Positions 15,650 through 21,318 of a DNA stretch of 21,318 nt are shown one piece after another. This DNA comes from Candidatus Ancaeobacter aquaticus. GTDB taxonomy: Bacteria; Auribacterota; Ancaeobacteria; Ancaeobacterales; Ancaeobacteraceae. The translations under genes were made by a program, and so were the position numbers. Under the pieces are notes generated by a model, which worked only from the letters and a program-made list of their open reading frames with translations, was not told the DNA's origin and did no database searches. Where the stretch lies: assembly GCA_030765405.1 (NCBI GenBank), contig JAVCCP010000045.1:62001-83318 (forward strand), given 5' to 3'. Each line of letters starts with the position of its first letter. Position 1 is the stretch's first letter.

Positions 15650-18355
15650 TTAAGTGATTTCTAGTGCTTCGAGGAGAGATACTTTAATATCGTTTATTTT
15701 ATTGTCACTGGTGATCTTTTTGCTTTTTAGGTCAGTAATATAGAATGTATCTATTGCGATACCTTTTTCTGTATGAATTTTAGCAAATGATATATTGACG
15801 TTCAGTATGGATAGTGTGTGAGATATTGTGTAGAGAAGGCCAAGATTGTCCGGGGACTGTATCTCGATAACAGTTTTTGAATGTGAAATTGAGTTATCTA
15901 TTGTAACAAGTGTGGGAATTTTCTTTCTTAAAATATCAGGTTTTGGTTTGATCTTTTTTTTATGTTCTGTAATGGCCTCTGAAAGTGAAATTTTCTCAGA
16001 TATAGTTTGTTCAAGTGTTTGTTTAAACTTTTTTATTGTTTTATTCTCTATATAAGGGTCTCCCGTATCATCGGTAGTGCTGAATGTGTCAACGACGATT
16101 TTGTCACTTCGCGTGTTTATTTGAGCACTTAATATATTGATGTTGTTTAAGGTAAAGCTACCTGCTATAAGAGAAAATAAACCCATTTTATCGTATGTGC
16201 ATACTGTGATTTCCACTGCAGTAGGGGGGTCGGGAATATGTTTTTCTATTGTGACAGAAGACTCTTTATCTGCTATCAGTTCACTACAGAGCGTTATATG
16301 TTGGGCAATAATTTCAGGTGGGGTGTACAGCGAGTATTTTGGCGGCATGAGGCTGAGATGTGATGTTATCATTTTATCCTCTATTTCTTCCGGAAGAATG
16401 ATGCGGACACTACGTTTTATCTCATCAATCTTTTTTTGTTCCGGTACAAAAGTCAGTTTTCCTTTTAGCTGTAGTTTTGTTTTGTGAAAAAGCTCCCAAA
16501 TCAAAGATTCTTTCCATTCATTCCATAATCCCGGGGATACAGCTTTTGCATCAGCATAGGTAAGTAATACAAGCATATATAAAAGATCAATATCTTTAAT
16601 ATTTTTTGCTAAATCAACAAACAATTTTTCATCGTCTAAATCCCGTCGTTGCGCAATATGGGGAAATGTGAGGTGATTCTTAATCAAGAAGATTATCTTT
16701 TGAGAAATATTCTTATCTATACCAAGTCTCTTGAGTACTTTTTGTGCTTGGATGCAGCTTACCGCTACATGTCCTTCAGCGTCGTATTTTCCAATATCAT
16801 GCAGGAGTAATGCAAGATACAATATTTTCGGATTCTCGATCTTGTCAAAAAGTTCCCTGTATTTATCAGTTTTATACATAAGCTGATCAAGGTTCTCAAT
16901 AGCGACAAGGGTGTGTTCATCTGCGGTATATTTATGGTAATAATTATCCTGAACCAAGCATACAATTTTGCCGAATTCAGGGAGGTATTTTCCGAGAAAA
17001 CCTGTTTCATTCATTTGTCTTAAGATGACGCCTATTTTTCCCGGCGTGTTAAAAATCTTCAGGAAATTATCTGCTGATTCCTTTGAACTTTTGAATGTTC
17101 GGTTAACATTTTTCAGATTGTTTCTGATAAGAGATTTTACGTCTTCATTCAGCGCGGCGTCATGAGCTTGTGCTGTAGAGAAGATCTTGAAGAACATTTG
17201 CGGGTCACTATGTATATTAATTTGTTCGGAATCTTTGATATAGAGCGCATTATTAAGAAGTATTATGCCATCTGCTACTTCTTTAGGCTTATTTGAAAAA
17301 AGACTAAAACGGGATTGCGCTTTCTTTTCTTTGTATTTTGCGACAACATTTTGTGTGATAAAAGCAATGTTTCTGGCATGAGTATAATACTCTTTCATAA
17401 AGATCTCAGGTGCAAGCTGATCATGTTTATCTTTGTAACCAAGGTTATATGCGATCTTTTTCTGATATATCATGGTGAGAATATCCATTTTCTTTTCAGC
17501 GGTATAATGCAGTTCGTTACGTACACGCATAAGAAAATCGTATCCATGATTAAGTATCTTGAGATCTTTTTCGGTAATGAAACCGAGTTCTTCATAGTAT
17601 GCAAGATCAACCTTTTTGTATTTAAACATACATAACCACACAATGCTTTGAATATCACGTAATCCGCCGATACATTCCTTTATATTTGGTTCCTGTATAT
17701 ACATAGATGCCCCAAAGCGGTAATGCCTGTCTTCACGTTCCTTTATCTTTTGAGAAATAAAAGTATTAGCTATACGGGTGTTTTTAGAGAGAAGTTCGTC
17801 TAATTGTTTTTTTAATTGGTCAAATAGTGGTTCTTCCCCCGCAATAAAACGAGATTCAAATGTTGAGGAGCACATTTTAACATCACTTTTTGCGATTGCT
17901 ATTGCTTCATCGAGAGAACGTACCCCATGACCTAATGAAAGTCCCGTGTCCCAAAGCATGTAGAGTATTTTCTCTATCATGAACTTGATGTACGGGTGCA
18001 TTTTTTTCTCATATATAAACAATATATCCAGATCAGAATATGGGTTCAGCTCGTTGCGGCCATAACCGCCATTTGCGATTAATGCACATTTATTTTTAGG
18101 CAATGGCAATCCTTTTTGTACATATTCCAGATGTGCAATTTTGTATATGTGCTGAATGAGTACATCAATAAGATATGATCTGCTTCTGCATATTGTCAGT
18201 CCATCGACACCATTTCGATGCTGTATCTTAAGTCGCTGTTCTTCAACGGTGAGAAATTTTTTAAAAAGTGTGAGGTGTGCTTCTGTCGTTAAGGATGGAT
18301 CGTGTGTGAGGTTTTTTTCAGCGTTTTTGAGTATTTTATCTAAATTAATTATCAT
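15650..18355 (-). CDS. glnD: [Protein-PII] uridylyltransferase
   Basis: ANGGYGRNELNPYSDLDIL, EPNIKE..GGLRD, YHKYTADEH plus LLHDIGK (HD domain), two C-terminal ACT domains. Confidence 0.97.
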   Translation of the reverse strand: MIINLDKILKNAEKNLTHDPSLTTEAHLTLFKKFLTVEEQRLKIQHRNGVDGLTICRSRSYLIDVLIQHIYKIAHLEYVQKGLPLPKNKCALIANGGYGRNELNPYSDLDILFIYEKKMHPYIKFMIEKILYMLWDTGLSLGHGVRSLDEAIAIAKSDVKMCSSTFESRFIAGEEPLFDQLKKQLDELLSKNTRIANTFISQKIKEREDRHYRFGASMYIQEPNIKECIGGLRDIQSIVWLCMFKYKKVDLAYYEELGFITEKDLKILNHGYDFLMRVRNELHYTAEKKMDILTMIYQKKIAYNLGYKDKHDQLAPEIFMKEYYTHARNIAFITQNVVAKYKEKKAQSRFSLFSNKPKEVADGIILLNNALYIKDSEQINIHSDPQMFFKIFSTAQAHDAALNEDVKSLIRNNLKNVNRTFKSSKESADNFLKIFNTPGKIGVILRQMNETGFLGKYLPEFGKIVCLVQDNYYHKYTADEHTLVAIENLDQLMYKTDKYRELFDKIENPKILYLALLLHDIGKYDAEGHVAVSCIQAQKVLKRLGIDKNISQKIIFLIKNHLTFPHIAQRRDLDDEKLFVDLAKNIKDIDLLYMLVLLTYADAKAVSPGLWNEWKESLIWELFHKTKLQLKGKLTFVPEQKKIDEIKRSVRIILPEEIEDKMITSHLSLMPPKYSLYTPPEIIAQHITLCSELIADKESSVTIEKHIPDPPTAVEITVCTYDKMGLFSLIAGSFTLNNINILSAQINTRSDKIVVDTFSTTDDTGDPYIENKTIKKFKQTLEQTISEKISLSEAITEHKKKIKPKPDILRKKIPTLVTIDNSISHSKTVIEIQSPDNLGLLYTISHTLSILNVNISFAKIHTEKGIAIDTFYITDLKSKKITSDNKINDIKVSLLEALEIT

Positions 18356-18371
18356 TATAAAGTGTGTGGGA

Positions 18372-19808
18372 TTATTCTATTTTGAATCCGCCTTTTATGC
18401 CATGCGTTTCGATCTTCTTACGCAACGTATTGCGGTTCATCATTAGAAGTTTAGCCGCTTTCAATTGATTGCCTTTTGTGTATGAAAGTGCATTTTTAAT
18501 AATGTATTTTTCAATATCAAGCATAATGTCTTTTTCTTTTCCCGGTTCCGCATTTTTTATGATTTCCGCAAATAGTTCATGCGAAATCTTCTGTAAACGT
18601 TCTTCGAGTGTTCCTTCATGACCGGATCTAACGGTTCCTTTATCGCTGAAGTTGAAATCTTCAGGCTCAAGAATAGATTTTTTTGAAATGACCATAGCAC
18701 GTTTTGTTGCATTTTCAAGTTCGCGAACATTTCCCGGCCAATTATGTTTTTTTAATTTATTCATCGCTTCATCAGACATCTTAGATATTTTTCTTTTTTG
18801 TGTCTTATTGAATTTATTAATGAAATATTTTGCCAACAGCATAATATCTTCTTTACGTTCACGGAGCGGGGGAATCGTAATGGTTACAACATTAAGTCTG
18901 TAGTATAGGTCTTCTCGGAAGTTCCCTTCAGTCATAAGCGTTTCGAGATCTCGGTTTGTTGCAACAATTAACCTTACATTTACCTTTATTGTTTCTGAGC
19001 CACCAACACGCTGAAATTCTTTTTCCTGTATCATGCGCAATATTTTTGCCTGTGTCGCAAGAGACATATCTCCGATCTCATCAAGAAAAATGGTGCCGTT
19101 ATTTGCCTGCTCAAATTTACCGATTCTCAGATGTGTCGCGTCGGTAAAGGACCCTTTTTCGTGACCAAAAAGCTCGCTTTCAAGAAGTGTGTCGGGTATT
19201 GCCGCACAGTTTACCGCAATAAACGGTTTTTTGTTCCGCAAACTGTGGTGGTAAATGGCGCGGGAAACAAGTTCTTTACCTGTTCCGCTTTCACCGCGCA
19301 GGAGTACCGTTACATCATTTTCGGCAACTCGACCGATAAGTTTATATATTTCCTGCATCGGTTTTGCTTTACCGATGATGTTTTCAACTGCTTCATTGCT
19401 GTCTTTAAACACTTCAGGAGAGACAAGGTTTTTCATTGAAGCGCTGACCTCAAGTGCTTTAGCGATAAGTATTTTTAACTGATCAATATCCTCAAACGGT
19501 TTCATGATATAATCATAGGCACCGAGTTTTGTTGCCTCAATAGCGGTTGAGGTGGTGCTGAAAGCGGTCATGATGATAACGATTTGTTTCGCGTTATGTG
19601 CTTTCATCTCTTTGAGGACTTCTAATCCGTTCATTCCGGGCATTTTAATATCCATAATAACCAGATCATGATCGTTTTCTTCAACATTATCTAAAGCGAT
19701 AGGACCGTTTTCTGCAGTAGTGACTTTGTAGCCTTCTTTTTCAAAAAGACGGGTTAGTGAATATCTCATCGATTTATCGTCATCAACAATAAGAATAGAA
19801 TAGGGCAT
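18372..19808 (-). CDS. ntrC: Sigma54-type response regulator (REC-AAA+-Fis HTH), NtrC-like
   Basis: DIKMPG receiver, GESGTGKE, ESELFGHEKGSFTDA, FLDEIGDM, FREDLYYRLNV, WPGNVRELEN, HTH. Orthology to NtrC is inferred from context only. Confidence 0.8.
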   Translation of the reverse strand: MPYSILIVDDDKSMRYSLTRLFEKEGYKVTTAENGPIALDNVEENDHDLVIMDIKMPGMNGLEVLKEMKAHNAKQIVIIMTAFSTTSTAIEATKLGAYDYIMKPFEDIDQLKILIAKALEVSASMKNLVSPEVFKDSNEAVENIIGKAKPMQEIYKLIGRVAENDVTVLLRGESGTGKELVSRAIYHHSLRNKKPFIAVNCAAIPDTLLESELFGHEKGSFTDATHLRIGKFEQANNGTIFLDEIGDMSLATQAKILRMIQEKEFQRVGGSETIKVNVRLIVATNRDLETLMTEGNFREDLYYRLNVVTITIPPLRERKEDIMLLAKYFINKFNKTQKRKISKMSDEAMNKLKKHNWPGNVRELENATKRAMVISKKSILEPEDFNFSDKGTVRSGHEGTLEERLQKISHELFAEIIKNAEPGKEKDIMLDIEKYIIKNALSYTKGNQLKAAKLLMMNRNTLRKKIETHGIKGGFKIE

Positions 19809-19819
19809 ACGATCCTCAG

Positions 19820-21136
19820 TTATCTTTTCTGTATAATTGGAATATACACTTTAAGTGTTGTTCCAGCGTTTTCTGTGCTTTCAATCTTAATATCGCCGCC
19901 ATGTTTTGCGATTATCTTTTGTGTTATAGATAATCCTAAGCCCAAACCTTCTTCTTTTGTTGTGTAAAATGGCGTAAAAAGCATTTTTATATTTTTTTGG
20001 GCAATACCTATCCCAGTATCTTTAAATATTATCTCTAACGTGTCAAGGGATTTGGTTTTTCTACTTGTTTGTGATGCAGTAATAATGAGATTGCCGCCCT
20101 CTGGCATAGCCTGAATAGCATTAAGCATGAAGTTTAAAAACGCTTGCTTCAAGAGATTGGGGTCACCTTTTACTTTCGGTAACTTAGAGGAAATATCTAA
20201 CTGTATCGATATGTTCTGTTTTTTTATTTTTAGCTTAACAAGAGTGAGAGTCGATTTTATCACATCTTTAATTGCCAGTTTTTCATATACCGGTTCCTGT
20301 GGGCGTGCAAATTTAAGGAATTGAGAAATAATAGAGTTTAACCGTTCGATCTCTTCATTAATGACGGCGACATCTTGCCCTTGTTTTACATTCACCGGCA
20401 GTTCGGTAAAAAGCGCATTTATGAGAATCTTAATACTTGTTAAAGGATTTCTTATTTCATGAGCGATACCGGCAGAGAGTTCGCCGAGTGCCGCGAGGCG
20501 TTCTTTACTGATAAGCTCATCCTGTGCTTTTAAAAGTTTTTCTGTTGTCAGTTTTACTTGCCGTTCTAACTCGATATTAAAATGTTTCAGTTTATCGTAC
20601 ATCTCGGCATTTTCTATGGCAATGCCCGCATGGTTTGCAAATGTAACGAGTGATCGTAAGTTATTGTCTGAAATAGTTCGGTTTGAATGGAGATTGTCAG
20701 CAGTGACAACTCCCTTAACCTTGTCTGGTGCGGTTAATGGTACTGCCGCAAATGATTTCACGTTGAATAATTTAATAATGTCTTTATTCGCATGAGGGTC
20801 GTTTTGTGCGTCCTGAATAACATACGGTTTGTTTTTTGAAAATGACCGACCCACAATACTTTTATCTTTTTCAAGGGGGAGGACGATATCAATACTTTCC
20901 TCTTTTTTTAGTTTTAATCCTACAGCCATTTTAAGCCTAAGCACTTGAGCCTCTTCATCATATATGTACAGGCGCGCCCGGTCAAAACCGATACCTTTGG
21001 TGACCGCCTTTAAAATAAGGTGAAGAATCTCGTTTAAGTCAAGCGTATGCATCGAACTCGATATCTTATAGAGTAAAGATAATTCTTTTAGTTCTGTTTG
21101 ACTTGTTTTTGTCTTTGTAATCTTGAGCTTTTTCAT
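19820..21136 (-). CDS. GAF-domain sensor histidine kinase, NtrB-like by context
   Basis: N-terminal GAF (FAAVPL...GVVTADN), H-box AHEIRNPL, N-box NAIQAM, DTGIG, FTPFYTTK, GLGLGLSI; 11 nt upstream of the regulator. Confidence 0.9.
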   Translation of the reverse strand: MKKLKITKTKTSQTELKELSLLYKISSSMHTLDLNEILHLILKAVTKGIGFDRARLYIYDEEAQVLRLKMAVGLKLKKEESIDIVLPLEKDKSIVGRSFSKNKPYVIQDAQNDPHANKDIIKLFNVKSFAAVPLTAPDKVKGVVTADNLHSNRTISDNNLRSLVTFANHAGIAIENAEMYDKLKHFNIELERQVKLTTEKLLKAQDELISKERLAALGELSAGIAHEIRNPLTSIKILINALFTELPVNVKQGQDVAVINEEIERLNSIISQFLKFARPQEPVYEKLAIKDVIKSTLTLVKLKIKKQNISIQLDISSKLPKVKGDPNLLKQAFLNFMLNAIQAMPEGGNLIITASQTSRKTKSLDTLEIIFKDTGIGIAQKNIKMLFTPFYTTKEEGLGLGLSITQKIIAKHGGDIKIESTENAGTTLKVYIPIIQKR

Positions 21137-21195
21137 TTTTGCCTCTCATTAAGATGATATTCTATCAGGATAGTCTTGAATTTAAAATATATTTT

Positions 21196-21318
21196 GGTGG
21201 ATTGTAAAGTTAAATGCCGTAAATAGTGGTCATTTTTCATTTAAGCTGCGATCTCCTGAAGTTCTCTTTCAAACCCCTGTTGAGCAGATTGAAAATTTAG
21301 TATCTTGCGTGGGTAATT
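21196..21318 (-). mobile_element. Downstream end of an IS30-family-like element (continues beyond the window)
   Basis: Terminal sequence GGTGGATTGTAAAGTTAAATGC on the + strand resembles IS30-family inverted repeats (from recall), and lies 45 nt from the stop of a transposase-like C-terminus. Confidence 0.65.
21241..21318 (-). CDS. C-terminal 25 aa of an IS30-family-like transposase (partial)
   Basis: NYPRKILNFQSAQQGFERELQEIAA*; N(Y/R)PRKxL is the typical IS30 C-terminal motif. Not in the ORF track. Confidence 0.7.
   Translation of the reverse strand, partial: NYPRKILNFQSAQQGFERELQEIAA

Overview
Low-GC bacterial window with four parts. (1) 1-5634 is the 3' portion of a giant, mosaic protein gene whose frame is already open at base 1. 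It carries HEAT repeats, a GC-shifted internal module, a 115-aa duplication and a degenerate SecA-like C-terminal region. (2) 5720-9340 is an accessory island of two recognisable toxin-antitoxin pairs (DUF4160/DUF2442 and MNT/HEPN), one probable pair (nucleotidyltransferase plus small partner) and gene remnants. The modules are separated by recurrent GTAG-type palindromes, and the island holds a duplicated tRNA promoter with a 5'-half tRNA-Arg bearing a different anticodon. (3) 9377-9908 is a tRNA cluster: Arg-TCG, Lys-CTT, Leu-TAG, Gly-GCC. (4) 10014-21136 is a complete nitrogen-control locus: glnE converging on an ntrB-like/ntrC-like/glnD/glnB/glnA run, with a MITE in the glnB leader and the end of an IS30-like element just upstream of the sensor kinase. 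All calls come from motif recognition by eye; no database search was run. The giant gene style recalls Omnitrophota-like lineages, but that is inference only.
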